32,000 bases of DNA. Origin: an uncultured Chloroflexia bacterium (GTDB lineage Bacteria; Chloroflexota; Ktedonobacteria; Ktedonobacterales; JADMIN01). The stretch is taken from the NCBI GenBank assembly GCA_963718915.1, contig CAVRAI010000004.1, positions 270,001-302,000 on the forward strand, in the 5' to 3' direction. The translations under genes and the position numbers were made by a program. Below the pieces are notes generated by a model, which saw only the letters and a program-made list of their open reading frames with translations, made no database searches and was not told where the DNA came from. Numbering within the stretch: the stretch's first letter is position 1; each line of letters opens with the position of its first letter. Below, in pieces: positions 9,711 to 19,196 of the stretch.

Positions 9711-10520
9711 TCACTTGTCCCGTAGCGCTGTGACGACACTGAGCACAGTTGGCCAGACACTGGAGGCCGGGTCGATCAGCTCAAAATGGCCGACGTGGGG
9801 CAGGGTGAGCAGCGTGGCCGAGTCGCCTTCGACGGCAGCGCGACGCACATAGCGCTCGCTCACCTCGAGCGGCAGGTCAGTATCGTCAGTGCCGTGCACG
9901 AGAAACTGGCGGATGCCCAGAGGCAGGAGATCGTACGGTGAGCCTGCGGCGTAGCGCTCGGGGTAGTCCGCGGGTGAGCCGCCCATCAGCAGTCCTGTTG
10001 CGTTGTCGCTTAGTCCGAGCGCCCAGGTGTGGCGCAGGTCAACGGCTCCGGCCAGCGCAACCGCGCCAGATAGCGGCAGCGGATCCGGCGTGAAGATAGG
10101 ACTCTCAGTGGCGATCTTATGGCGGCCAGCCAGCCAGAATGCCAGATGTCCCCCGGCGGAGTGCCCGAGCGATAGCACATGATCTAGCGCGAGGTTGTAC
10201 TGCGGCGCGAGGATCCGCAGAAAATCGGCGGCGGTAGCCACATCCTGAAATGTTCCAGGCCAGCCACCGCCTGGCTCGCCCGTGCGGCGATACTCGATAT
10301 TCCAGGTGGCGAAGCCCGCCGCGGTCAGTGCGGAGCAGGCGTGCCCAAAGTGGTTTAGATCGTAGCGGGCGCGCCAGTAGCCGCCATGAATGCCAAGCAC
10401 GACGGGATGTGGCCCTTCGCCAGCGGGCATGCGCAAATCGCCGAATTGCTGCGGCTCCGGACCATAGGCAATGCGTTGGCCCATGTCGGGCAGCTCGCGC
10501 TCCAGAATATCCTCGCTCAC
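9711..10520 (-). CDS. Alpha/beta hydrolase (esterase/lipase or arylformamidase-like)
   Basis: HGGYW oxyanion-type motif, GHSAGGHLA nucleophile elbow, late D...GH. GGGAGG precedes the GTG start. Confidence 0.75.
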   Translation of the reverse strand: MSEDILERELPDMGQRIAYGPEPQQFGDLRMPAGEGPHPVVLGIHGGYWRARYDLNHFGHACSALTAAGFATWNIEYRRTGEPGGGWPGTFQDVATAADFLRILAPQYNLALDHVLSLGHSAGGHLAFWLAGRHKIATESPIFTPDPLPLSGAVALAGAVDLRHTWALGLSDNATGLLMGGSPADYPERYAAGSPYDLLPLGIRQFLVHGTDDTDLPLEVSERYVRRAAVEGDSATLLTLPHVGHFELIDPASSVWPTVLSVVTALRDK

Positions 10521-10564
10521 ATCGCCTCCCTGGTTTCACTGCACGCCGTTGCCGTATCGCATGT

Positions 10565-12509
10565 TCAGGCGGATGGATCGCTCGGCGCCACATGTAGTGT
10601 CCGCTCGCGCTCGTAGATGACCATGCCTGGCCCGCCGCCCTTCATGTGGCGGACATAGCGTTGCTCCGTATAGTCCACCGGCACGCTCCCCGCCAGCCGC
10701 GACTGGCTGTAGTACGCTGCCAGCGCCGCCGCCTCGCGTAGTGTCGCCTCGGAGACAGGCCTGCCGCTATTGCGAATAATGACATGCGCGCCGGGGACGC
10801 CACGGGCATGGAGCCAGGTGTCGTTCGCGCTCGCCTGATGGAAGGTGACTTCCTCATTCTGGCGGCTGTTCTTGCCGACCAGCAGCGCCATACCATCGGA
10901 TGACTCGCGCCGGAGTGGCGTCCCACCTTCGGGTCGCCGAGGCTGCTGCGCTGGCTTGCCGCCCTTGTTCCCCTTGCCGCCCTTTGCCCATTTTGGTTGT
11001 TTGGGCGTCTTCGCGGGCTTTTGCGGACGTTTCTCCGCCGCGCCGCGCAGATAGCCAGCCTCCACCACCTCGGCGCGTACCAGCGCAATCTCGGCGGGCG
11101 TCTCGGCCAGCGCCAGGTCGGTCAGCAGCTGATCGACACGCGCCAACTCCACATGATTCGCCTCAATTTGTGGGGGAATCAGCGAGGTCGCCCGCTGGAG
11201 CTTGTGGTAGCGGGCGTAGCGGCGGTTGGCGTTCTCGACGGTGGTGAAGCGCGGATCGAGTGTGAGGGTGCGGGTAGTCCCTTCGCCGAAGGGATTCTCC
11301 AGGGTCACGCTCGTCTGTCCACGCGCTATCTCCGCCTGGAAAGCGAGCAGCAGATCGGCCTCCTCACGGAGCGCTTGCGCCTCATCAATCGCCGCCAGCT
11401 CGCCACGAAGCGCCTCATCCTTCCGGGCGCAGCGGTCGCGGATCGTCTGGAGCAGGTGGCGCAGGTCGCGCTTGGCGCTCTCCAGGGCGAGCCGCCACTC
11501 GGCATCATGGTAGAACGTGGCCAGCATCTCGTTGGCGTTGGCGCATGCCCGCAGGGACGCATCGCCAAACTGGCGTGGCAGGTAGATCGCGAACGCCGTC
11601 GGTGTCTCGCTGGATTCATCGCCGTAGACGAGTGTTGGCTCCCAGGTGGCTGTCTCGGCTAGCTCGGCCAGCGCTCGCGCCTCGGCGGCGATCCGCTCCC
11701 AGGGCAGGTCGGCGGCAAGTGGCTCATCGGGCGAGGCCAGCGCACGCGCGGCAATCTCGCGCCCCAGGTCGCGGCTGAATCCCTCGATCTGCGCTGCCAG
11801 CAGACTGGCGATTGTTGGCGCCTCGCGTCTGCGACTACGGCTCTTACGCCGCGCGGCTCTGGGTTCAGATGCTGTGCCTGCTGTCGTTTGTTCCGCCTGC
11901 GCCTCTGCCAGCATCGCCAGCGCCGCGTCAGACAGATCGTTCGCGGTCACAGCCTCGCCGCGCAGCCGTGGCAGGGTCTCGCCCCGGATGGTACGTGTCT
12001 GTGGCGGGGGATAGCGATAGGGCGCATGCGGAACGATGGCGCGATAGAGGTTGACCTCAGCGCTGACCAGGTGGAGCGCGCCCAGGATCATACCATCGTC
12101 GCCGCGCAGAATCAGGTTGCTGAGTCGTCCCATGGTTTCGACGACCAGCCAATGCCGTGGCGCCGCCATCCGCTGCCGAGGGGCCACGGCCAAAGCCGAT
12201 CTCGACGATACGCTCCCAACGCGGCTGGCGAACGGCGACGATGCGCGCGCCCTCCAGATGTTTGCGCAGCAGCATAACGAAGGCAGGCGGCTCGGTGACG
12301 AGTTTGCGCGGCTTCTGGTCGATCAGATGAATGCGCGCAAGTTGCGGATGTGCGGTGGCGAGTAACCAGCGGTTGCGCCCGCCACCCCAGCATTGGAGCG
12401 CGATGGCATGCGGTGTCGGCTGAATGACGTCGTCGATACGCGCGCCATGCAGCTCCGCGCGCAGCTCACCAGCCAGCGCCGCTAATGTCAACGCATCCAC
12501 CGCAGGCAT
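10565..12509 (-). pseudogene. rqcH: NFACT-family RqcH/FbpA-like ribosome quality control protein, frameshifted between 12155 and 12188
   Basis: The N-terminal NFACT-N sequence (MPAVDALTLAALAGELR...RWERIVEIGFG) is in ORF 12057..12647. The continuation HWLVVETMGRLSNLILRGDDG...NLYRAIVP...DTWLHARGVPGAHVII (NFACT-R) is in ORF 10565..12193. A one-base shorter G4 run at 12180-12183 joins the two. Confidence 0.8.
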
Positions 12510-12650
12510 GGTATCATCTTTCTCATAAGATAGTGTATCGTCGCCACCTTTCTCGCCCCGCGTTCCCATCCCGGCGAAGCGGGCGCGGCGGAGAGCGCCT
12601 CGGCGGCGACTCAGTATAGCACGCACCGAACTGGCGGTGGAGCGCAAAAT

Positions 12651-13331
12651 ATGTCAGATCGAGATAGCAAGCCGAATCTCTCGTCGCCTGGTACGCAACG
12701 GATCGGATCGGATGGAGCGATGATGACACCTCCGGGCACGCTGACGCCCTTACTGGTTGTCTTTTCTGGCCCTTCAGGCGTGGGCAAGACCACCGTCACC
12801 AATGAACTGGTGTGGCAGGGATGGACCGGCCATATCGTCGTTACCGCGACGACGCGCCGACCGCGGCCCGGCGAGGTCGATGGCGTGGATTACCACTTTC
12901 GTACCCAGCACGAGTTTCAGCGGATGCTGGAGCATGGCGAGTTGCTGGAACATGCGGAGGTGCATGGCAACTGGTATGGCGTCCCGGCGACCCCCGTGCG
13001 CGAGAAGCTGGCGCAGGGCATTGATGTGCTGCTGACGATTGATACGCAGGGCGCGCGGACGATACGGACACGCACCCAGGGCGCCGTCTTCGTCTTCCTG
13101 GCGCCGCGCTCGCTGGATGAGCTGGTGGAGCGCCTCAACGTACGCGGCACCGATACCCCTGAGCAACGCACACTGCGGATGTTGAATGCCGAACGCGAGA
13201 TGGCGGAGCTGGAAAAGTACGACTACGTCATCGTCAACCAGCAGGACCGCCTGGCCGAGTCGATCGAACAGCTGCGCGCGATTCTCCGTGCGGAGCACTG
13301 CCGCGTACACCCACACCGGCCCATTGTCTAG
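12651..13331 (+). CDS. gmk: Guanylate kinase
   Basis: GPSGVGKTT P-loop, TTRRPRPGEVDGVDYHF, GNWYG. ATG 12720 is an alternative start. Confidence 0.9.
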   Translation: MSDRDSKPNLSSPGTQRIGSDGAMMTPPGTLTPLLVVFSGPSGVGKTTVTNELVWQGWTGHIVVTATTRRPRPGEVDGVDYHFRTQHEFQRMLEHGELLEHAEVHGNWYGVPATPVREKLAQGIDVLLTIDTQGARTIRTRTQGAVFVFLAPRSLDELVERLNVRGTDTPEQRTLRMLNAEREMAELEKYDYVIVNQQDRLAESIEQLRAILRAEHCRVHPHRPIV

Positions 13332-13413
13332 GTCTAGGGCTAGCAGGGAGCATTCCAGCGTGACCGCATAGTCCGGCGCTCAATGGTGCGCGTCGGCGGC
13401 GATAGAGATCCAC

Positions 13414-14415
13414 ATGGGAGGACACAGCGTGACGAGTGACAGATTTCAGCGTGCGGGAACACGTGAGCGCAATCTTGGCCTGGAGCTGGTGCGTGTTACC
13501 GAGGCGGCGGCGTTTGCGGCCTCGGCACATCTGGGCCGCGGCGACAAGGAAGCGGTCGATCAGGCAGCGGTAGACGCCATGCGTAGCGCCATCGAAGGCG
13601 TGGACATGCACGGTGTCGTGGTGATAGGCGAAGGCGAGAAAGACGAAGCGCCGATGCTCTATGTCGGCGAGGAGGTCGGCAATGGTCTGCCGCCAGAGGT
13701 GGATGTTGCTGTTGACCCCGTAGACGGCACGCGCCTGACCGCGCTGGGGCTGCCCGGCGCGATAGCGGTGGTGGCGACGGCGAAGCGCGGCACGATGTTC
13801 CAGGCGCCTCCCGGTGTCTACTACATGGAAAAGCTGGCGGTCGGACGTGACGCCGCCCATGTGATCGATCTGGAAGCGCCGATTGCCGAGAATCTGTCAC
13901 GCATTGCCACGGCGCGTGGCGTGCCAGTGAATGATGTCACGGTGACGGTGCTCGACCGTCCGCGCCACGGCGATATCATCCAGGCGATTCGCGAGGTAGG
14001 GGCGCGGGTGAAGCTCATTCCTGATGGGGATGTGGCGGCGGCGCTTCAGGCTGCGATGGAGGAGTATAACGCCGCGGATGTCTATATGGGCATCGGTGGC
14101 GCGCCCGAGGCGGTGCTGGCGGCGGCGGCGATCAAATGCGTCGGCGGGCAGATGCTCTGCCGTATCTGGCCGCGAACCGACGATGAGCGCAACAAGTTGA
14201 AGGCCGATGGCGTGGATTTGACGCGCATCTACGGCGTCAACGAGCTTATCACGTCTGACGATGTTTCGTTTGCCGCGACAGGTATCACCACCGGCGACCT
14301 GCTGCGTGGCGTCGAGGTGGGTCACCACAACGCGCGCACCCATTCAGTGATGATGCGCGCCCGCACCGGCACGATCCGCTATATCACGGCGATGCATCGC
14401 TGGAATCGTGGATAG
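13414..14415 (+). CDS. glpX: Class II fructose-1,6-bisphosphatase (GlpX)
   Basis: RNLGLELVRVTEAAAFAASAHLGRGDKEAVDQAAVDAMR and the overall GlpX-like sequence. GTG 13429 is an alternative start, preceded by GGGAGG with a 7-nt spacer. Confidence 0.9.
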   Translation: MGGHSVTSDRFQRAGTRERNLGLELVRVTEAAAFAASAHLGRGDKEAVDQAAVDAMRSAIEGVDMHGVVVIGEGEKDEAPMLYVGEEVGNGLPPEVDVAVDPVDGTRLTALGLPGAIAVVATAKRGTMFQAPPGVYYMEKLAVGRDAAHVIDLEAPIAENLSRIATARGVPVNDVTVTVLDRPRHGDIIQAIREVGARVKLIPDGDVAAALQAAMEEYNAADVYMGIGGAPEAVLAAAAIKCVGGQMLCRIWPRTDDERNKLKADGVDLTRIYGVNELITSDDVSFAATGITTGDLLRGVEVGHHNARTHSVMMRARTGTIRYITAMHRWNRG

Positions 14416-14430
14416 CCGACTTCACTTCAT

Positions 14431-14453
14431 CCCCCCTTCCATGAGGAGGGGGG
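14431..14453. terminator. Hairpin between convergent glpX and the nitroreductase gene (CCCCCCT/AGGGGGG, 9-nt loop)
   Basis: 7-bp G/C stem at 14431-14437 pairing with 14447-14453. There is no clear U-tract on either side. Confidence 0.3.
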
Positions 14454-14480
14454 ACAATTCTGTCGCAATGAAGCTTTCGA

Positions 14481-15086
14481 TCACCAGCCGTTGCGGTGCA
14501 TCAACGTTTCGGTCGGGCGTCGTCTTCTCTTCGCCGCTGAAGCGGTCAATGAGAGTGGGTCGGTTGCCGCTGGATAGCCGAGGGCGATGACCCCGATAGG
14601 CTTGAATGCGTCGGGGACGCCGAATCGTTCGAGCAGCGCTTTCTCGCCTGAGGAGATGCCGAAGAACCAGGCGGCAAGCCCTTCATCAATCGCCGCGAGC
14701 AGCATCAGCATGGACGCCATGCCAGCATCGATGTCCCAAAACGGCACAGGCCAGTTGTCCGCCTCTTCCAGCCCGAAGCCAGCCTTATCTGGCTGCGAGT
14801 AGCGGTCGAGATAGGCCTGGCGATTCGAGAGCGGCAGGATGAGCACTGGCGGGAGCGTCGAGCGCATCTCGTCGGGGACGGGATCTTTCGGGTCGTCGGT
14901 GAGTGTCCAGAAGTCCGCTAAAGCCTCAGGGCTGTCGAGTACGAGATACTCGTTGCCCTGGGTGAATCCCGCCGATGGCGCATAGCGCACGGTGGCAAGT
15001 ATGCGGTCTAGCGCCTCGCTGGGGACGGGCCGCTGCTCGAATGCGCGCACGGACTTGCGGTGCTTGAGAATCTCGCGAAACTCCAT
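14481..15086 (-). CDS. Nitroreductase family protein
   Basis: MEFREILKHRKSVRAFEQRPVP is a typical nitroreductase N-terminus. GGAGGAG lies 5 nt upstream of ATG 15086. Confidence 0.8.
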   Translation of the reverse strand: MEFREILKHRKSVRAFEQRPVPSEALDRILATVRYAPSAGFTQGNEYLVLDSPEALADFWTLTDDPKDPVPDEMRSTLPPVLILPLSNRQAYLDRYSQPDKAGFGLEEADNWPVPFWDIDAGMASMLMLLAAIDEGLAAWFFGISSGEKALLERFGVPDAFKPIGVIALGYPAATDPLSLTASAAKRRRRPTETLMHRNGW

Positions 15087-15109
15087 GAATACTCCTCCAA
15101 TCACCAGTC

Positions 15110-15943
15110 TCATTCGCCGCCAATGATGCCTGAGAACGTTGTCACCTCCAGGCCAGATTCACGCAGGCGCGCCACATAGGGATTGATGCCGACGCTATCG
15201 CCCGCGATGTGGCCCATGACCAGGATGTTGCCCCGCACGCCTTCGCTGGCCAGCCGCTGTGCATCTTCCAGTGGAAAGTGGATGCAGCAGATGGTGTCGA
15301 CGCCGTGCGTCAGATAGGCGTGGGCGACGTGATAGCCGCCGTTGGTATAGGCGCCGTGGGAGACGACGACTTTTCCGGCGGGGGCATCCCAGCTACCGAG
15401 TGGGTTCCGCATCTGCGTCCGCGCTGTCGCGAATTCGGGCAATTGCATCAGCGCGTCGCGCATGTCTGCCACCGTCGAATCTGGCTTGCGCGCTAGCTGC
15501 TCATCCACGGTGCGCTGCATGATGCGCCTGCCGACCTCGTCCAGCGGCGAGTGGATAGTGAGGAAGGGTATCTCCAGCAGCCGCGCCACCGAGGCGGCGT
15601 GGTCGTAGTTCTCGCGCTGTGACGCTGCCTTGAAGCCCTCGATGCGTGAAGCGACCGCCTGCTCCGCCACATCCTCTGGGACGCCAGCAGCCACCATCTG
15701 GCCGACGTGCAGGTGATAGACATCCCAGAATGGGCCAGCATAGCCTGCGGGATGGTGCGCGATGACCGCGTGATAGCCAAGCTGGCGCGCCATGAAAAGC
15801 TCCGCCGCGCCCACATCGATGCCCATCAGGGTGTGGCTGATGCGCGTGCCGGGATAGTAGATCGCGCAGTCGCCGGGAACGGCCTCCCAGCCTGCCATCT
15901 CGAGGGCAATCTGCATCAGGCGCTCGGTAGTCACCGCAGCCAT
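15110..15943 (-). CDS. NIF3-like (YbgI family) dinuclear metal centre protein
   Basis: Contains AVIAHHP and a late MGHIAGD motif. The 277-aa length fits. The assignment rests on motif memory only. Confidence 0.55.
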   Translation of the reverse strand: MAAVTTERLMQIALEMAGWEAVPGDCAIYYPGTRISHTLMGIDVGAAELFMARQLGYHAVIAHHPAGYAGPFWDVYHLHVGQMVAAGVPEDVAEQAVASRIEGFKAASQRENYDHAASVARLLEIPFLTIHSPLDEVGRRIMQRTVDEQLARKPDSTVADMRDALMQLPEFATARTQMRNPLGSWDAPAGKVVVSHGAYTNGGYHVAHAYLTHGVDTICCIHFPLEDAQRLASEGVRGNILVMGHIAGDSVGINPYVARLRESGLEVTTFSGIIGGE

Positions 15944-15958
15944 TGGCGACGTCCCCTT

Positions 15959-16432
15959 TTACAATGCGAGTTCCAGCCCGCGATCCGAAACGACGAAGCC
16001 CATGCTCAGGTAGAGTGGCCGCCCCATGGTAGAACTACTCAATATGAGCTTGCCGATATGTAGCTCGCGCGCCTGGGTGACCAGCATCTCCATCAGCGTC
16101 CGCGCCAGCCCCAGCCGCCGGTAGTCGGGATGGGTGTAGACGCTGGAGACGTAGCCACGGCGGCGATGCAGGTCTTCAATATTTGGCGGCATCGGCCACC
16201 AGATAAGCACAGTGCAGGCAACCGGCTGCCCATCCGCCTCGGCGAGCCATGCCTGGTAACGCCCCCGCTCCAGCTCGCCGCGCACCGACTCACAGAACGC
16301 CGCAGTGTATTCTTCGCGGGTGACATTCCCCTCTTCATACTCGGTCGCCATCTGCCAGCGGAGTTCCGCCAGCGCCTCGATATCCGCTAGTGTCGCCGCG
16401 CGGCAACGAATCGCGCCTGTGCCGTCCGCCAT
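15959..16432 (-). CDS. GNAT family N-acetyltransferase
   Basis: GNAT motif A: RRRGYVSSVYTHPDYRRLGLARTLM. 157 aa. Confidence 0.8.
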   Translation of the reverse strand: MADGTGAIRCRAATLADIEALAELRWQMATEYEEGNVTREEYTAAFCESVRGELERGRYQAWLAEADGQPVACTVLIWWPMPPNIEDLHRRRGYVSSVYTHPDYRRLGLARTLMEMLVTQARELHIGKLILSSSTMGRPLYLSMGFVVSDRGLELAL

Positions 16433-16470
16433 GAACTTCTACCCCACGATGAATCGCATGGTGAGCGGGA

Positions 16471-17082
16471 TTACATGGCCTCGCGCTCATCCTCGACCGA
16501 GGGGAGCGGCGGCACAGCAAGTCCCCGCCGAGACAACATCTCCTCAAACCATAGCACAGGTTCAGGATTCTTCGAGGGCGTATCGTTGTCGCAGCGGAAG
16601 AACTGGACAAAGAGCAACCAGGTATCACCCAGACGTTTGAGCAGCGCATCCAGCCGGGCCTGCGCCTGCTGGGCATCGTGGGTATAAAGCCAGCGATTCC
16701 AGAGATGGATGCCCTCGTCGTGTAACTCGATGATGGTGAGCACGCGCTCATCCGAGATATACGTTTCGGCGAAGCGGCGCGCGCGGGCGGCGTGGTGATT
16801 CTCACCGCTACGCGGTAGTTCCGGGTCCACGCGAAACTTGAGGCTGTCGTGTGTCAGCGCAATCAGCCGCAGATCACGGCGGTCGTCGGGTGAGAGCGCG
16901 TATCGTTCGACGTTTGCCAGCACGTCGGCGATGTGATACATCACCTTGCCCTCGCCGTGGCCGGGGCGCGGCCATCCCCAGGCGATGCCCCGCTGCCAGA
17001 TGGGGTCAGCGGCAATGGCGTATTCAAGCGGTGTTTCGAGTGTAAATGGTAATGGCAGAGATTGTCTGGATTGCATGGTCAA
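16471..17082 (-). CDS. Hypothetical protein, possibly an HD-type metal-dependent phosphohydrolase
   Basis: H...HD pattern (VMYHIADVL ... LIALTHDSLK ... ELHDEG). Weak assignment. Confidence 0.4.
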   Translation of the reverse strand: MTMQSRQSLPLPFTLETPLEYAIAADPIWQRGIAWGWPRPGHGEGKVMYHIADVLANVERYALSPDDRRDLRLIALTHDSLKFRVDPELPRSGENHHAARARRFAETYISDERVLTIIELHDEGIHLWNRWLYTHDAQQAQARLDALLKRLGDTWLLFVQFFRCDNDTPSKNPEPVLWFEEMLSRRGLAVPPLPSVEDEREAM

Positions 17083-17130
17083 AACAGCGACCTTTGATTT
17101 CTGAACGGGCGGGAAGCTCCCTCCTGGGAG

Positions 17131-18723
17131 TTACTTCTCGCCGATGATAAGCGAATGTCCCGTCATGCCCGGAGGCCGCGGAATCTGGAGCAATTGCAGC
17201 ATCGTCGGCGCGATATCCGCCAGGATGCCATCGTGTCGCAGCAGAGCGCCGGGCCACTGCGGCACGACAAAGTAGAACGGCACCGGGTTGGTCGTGTGCG
17301 AGGTCAGCGGCTTGCCGGTATCATATTCGATGAGCTGCTCGGCGTTGCCGTGGTCGGCGGTAATCAGCGCCGCGCCGCCCTGGGCAATTGCCGCATCCAC
17401 CACGCGCCCCACGCCAGCGTCCACCGCCTCGACCGCTTTGATCGTGGCGTCTAGCGAGCCGGTATGGCCGACCATATCGGCGTTGGCGTAGTTCATGATG
17501 ATGACATCATACACGCCGCTCTGGATACGCCGCACCGCTTCATCGGTGAGTTCGGGCGCGCTCATCTCCGGCTTGAGATCGTAGGTGGCTACCTTCGGCG
17601 ATGGTACCAGCAGGCGATCCTCACCGGGATACGGCGTCTCGCGTCCACCATTGAAGAAGAAGGTGACGTGGGCGTATTTCTCGGTCTCGGCGGTATGAAA
17701 CTGCTTCAGCCCGCGATCCGAGAGAATCTTGGCAAGCGGCTCGCCCACATTGTCCGCTGGGAAGGCGACGTCCACCGGCAGCCCGGCCTCATACTCGGTC
17801 ATCGTGACGAAGACCAGCCCATCCAGGCGCGGGCCACGCTCGAACTTACCCTCGGCCTGCGGCGGAAGCTCTGGCAGCACGAACGCCTTGGTCAGCTCGC
17901 GGCCACGGTCGGAGCGAAAGTTGAAGTAGATGACGGCATCGCCATCCTCCACCAGCGCGACGGGGTGATCGTCCTCCATCAGCACAACCGGCTCGATGAA
18001 TTCGTCGGTGACCTTGCGTTCGTATGAGTCGCTGATTGCCTTCACGGGGTCAGTCGCCCGCGCGCCCTCGCCGCGTGTCATCGCCCAGTAGACACGGGCG
18101 ATCCGATCCCAGCGGTTGTCGCGGTCCATCGCGTAGTAGCGCCCAGAGACGGTGGCTACTTTCGCCGGGTGGTCACCGCCAATTTCCGCCGCCCTGGCGA
18201 CCAGGTCTTTCATGTAATCTTCGGCGCCAAAGGGCGAGGTATCGCGCCCATCGGTGAAGGCATGGATGTAGACGCGCTCGACGTTATGGCTGGCGGCAAG
18301 CTGGAGGCAGGCTTCGAGGTGCCCCTGATAGGCGTGCACCCCGCCGGGGCCGATCAACCCGCAGAAGTGGAGTTTAGTGTTGTTGTGTTTGACGTGCGCG
18401 ATGGCCTTGAGCAGCGCCGGATTCTCGAAGAAGGAGCCGTCGTGGATGGCGGCGCTGACGCGCGTGAACTCCTGCAAGACGCGCTTACCCGCGCCAATGT
18501 TGAGGTGGCCCACCTCGGAGTTGCCCATCTGTCCCTCCGGCAGCCCAACCGCTGGGCCAGAGGTCGCCACTTGCATATGAGGCCACTGGCGCGCGATGGC
18601 GTCGAGATGCGGCTTCTGGGCGAGCGCAATGGCATTGGCGTCTTTGCGGGGATTGATGCCGTAGCCATCCATGACAATCAGCACCAGCGGACGCGGCACG
18701 ACGTGGGACGTTGGGCTGGCCAC
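17131..18723 (-). CDS. gpmI: 2,3-bisphosphoglycerate-independent phosphoglycerate mutase
   Basis: VLIVMDGYGI, MGNSEVGHLNIGAG, ADHGNAE. 530 aa. AAGGAG lies 7 nt before the GTG start. Confidence 0.92.
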   Translation of the reverse strand: MASPTSHVVPRPLVLIVMDGYGINPRKDANAIALAQKPHLDAIARQWPHMQVATSGPAVGLPEGQMGNSEVGHLNIGAGKRVLQEFTRVSAAIHDGSFFENPALLKAIAHVKHNNTKLHFCGLIGPGGVHAYQGHLEACLQLAASHNVERVYIHAFTDGRDTSPFGAEDYMKDLVARAAEIGGDHPAKVATVSGRYYAMDRDNRWDRIARVYWAMTRGEGARATDPVKAISDSYERKVTDEFIEPVVLMEDDHPVALVEDGDAVIYFNFRSDRGRELTKAFVLPELPPQAEGKFERGPRLDGLVFVTMTEYEAGLPVDVAFPADNVGEPLAKILSDRGLKQFHTAETEKYAHVTFFFNGGRETPYPGEDRLLVPSPKVATYDLKPEMSAPELTDEAVRRIQSGVYDVIIMNYANADMVGHTGSLDATIKAVEAVDAGVGRVVDAAIAQGGAALITADHGNAEQLIEYDTGKPLTSHTTNPVPFYFVVPQWPGALLRHDGILADIAPTMLQLLQIPRPPGMTGHSLIIGEK

Positions 18724-18815
18724 TCCTCGACTCCTTGCACTACTGTTTTGTAATGTATGTCACGCTGTGCGCTAGCGCGATAATGTTCGCGGATTCACAA
18801 AAACACAGTCCCTGT

Positions 18816-18824
18816 AGTATAGCA
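18816..18824 (-). promoter_or_regulatory. Candidate extended -10 (TGcTATACT) for gpmI
   Basis: The reverse complement of agtatagca is TGCTATACT, about 85 nt upstream of the gpmI start. The -35 is weak. Confidence 0.3.
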
Positions 18825-18906
18825 TAGGAGCAGGACAGCGGCAGGCGGCGGTAAGAGCGCGGGCGGTTAAAACCGTGCCTTGCGGGCCTCGCTCCGCTCC
18901 GCCACA

Positions 18907-19052
18907 AAACCCGCCTACGCGGGTTTCAACGAGTCGCCAGTGATCGGGAATGACGCAAGCGGACACCTGGGAGTCCGCGCAGGCGGACTTTGTGGCCGCA
19001 GGCCATTTAGGCGCGGCTTCAGCCGCCAGCCTCGTGGTAGCGGGTTCCTACC
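18907..19052. other. Cluster of five GC-rich perfect hairpins; candidate structured ncRNA or REP-like palindromic element array
   Basis: Stems: 18907-14/18919-26 (AAACCCGC/GCGGGTTT); 18972-78/18983-89 (AGTCCGC/GCGGACT); 18993-97/19001-05 (TGGCC/GGCCA); 19013-17/19022-26 (GCGGC/GCCGC, extended by AGGC/GCCT); 19036-40/19048-52 (GGTAG/CTACC). Confidence 0.35.
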
Positions 19053-19115
19053 CTTTCGGATAAGACATATCCCCCTACCACAAGTGGTACCAGTACCGGT
19101 TCTTTCAGGCGCCTA

Positions 19116-19124
19116 TGTTATAAT
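19116..19124 (+). promoter_or_regulatory. Candidate extended -10 promoter (TGtTATAAT) for the lepB genes
   Basis: Exact TGnTATAAT about 70 nt upstream of lepB ATG 19197. Confidence 0.4.
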
Positions 19125-19196
19125 GCGCATCGGTCACCTCATCTTTGGATCTTCCGAGGGCTGGCCGCGAATGATGAGTTTATGGAGGCAGCGAGC

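Noticed and set aside
10997-11662. A 221-aa plus-strand ORF, together with several other 60-230-aa ORFs antisense to rqcH, gpmI (17464..18027 and 18169..18753) and glpX (13234..13860)
   Set aside because: All of them overlap strongly supported genes on the opposite strand, and none has motifs or a plausible RBS.
1005-12190. Programmed ribosomal frameshifting or transcriptional slippage as the explanation for the frame breaks
   Set aside because: I saw no X XXY YYZ slippery heptamer, no RF2-like stop context and no long A/T run at the junctions. The affected genes are functionally unrelated and are not known to be recoded.
18850-18862. GGTAAGAGCGC, which resembles a conserved RNase P RNA motif
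   Set aside because: The other universal RNase P elements (GGAAAGTCCGG of P4, ACAGAACCCGGCTTA near the 3' end) are absent on both strands, and the region is too short for a type A RNA.
19036-19052. A 5-bp stem with a 7-nt loop resembling a tRNA T-arm, or a tmRNA 3' end
   Set aside because: The loop is CGGGTTC, not TTCRANY. There is no acceptor, D or anticodon arm, and no CCA context around it.
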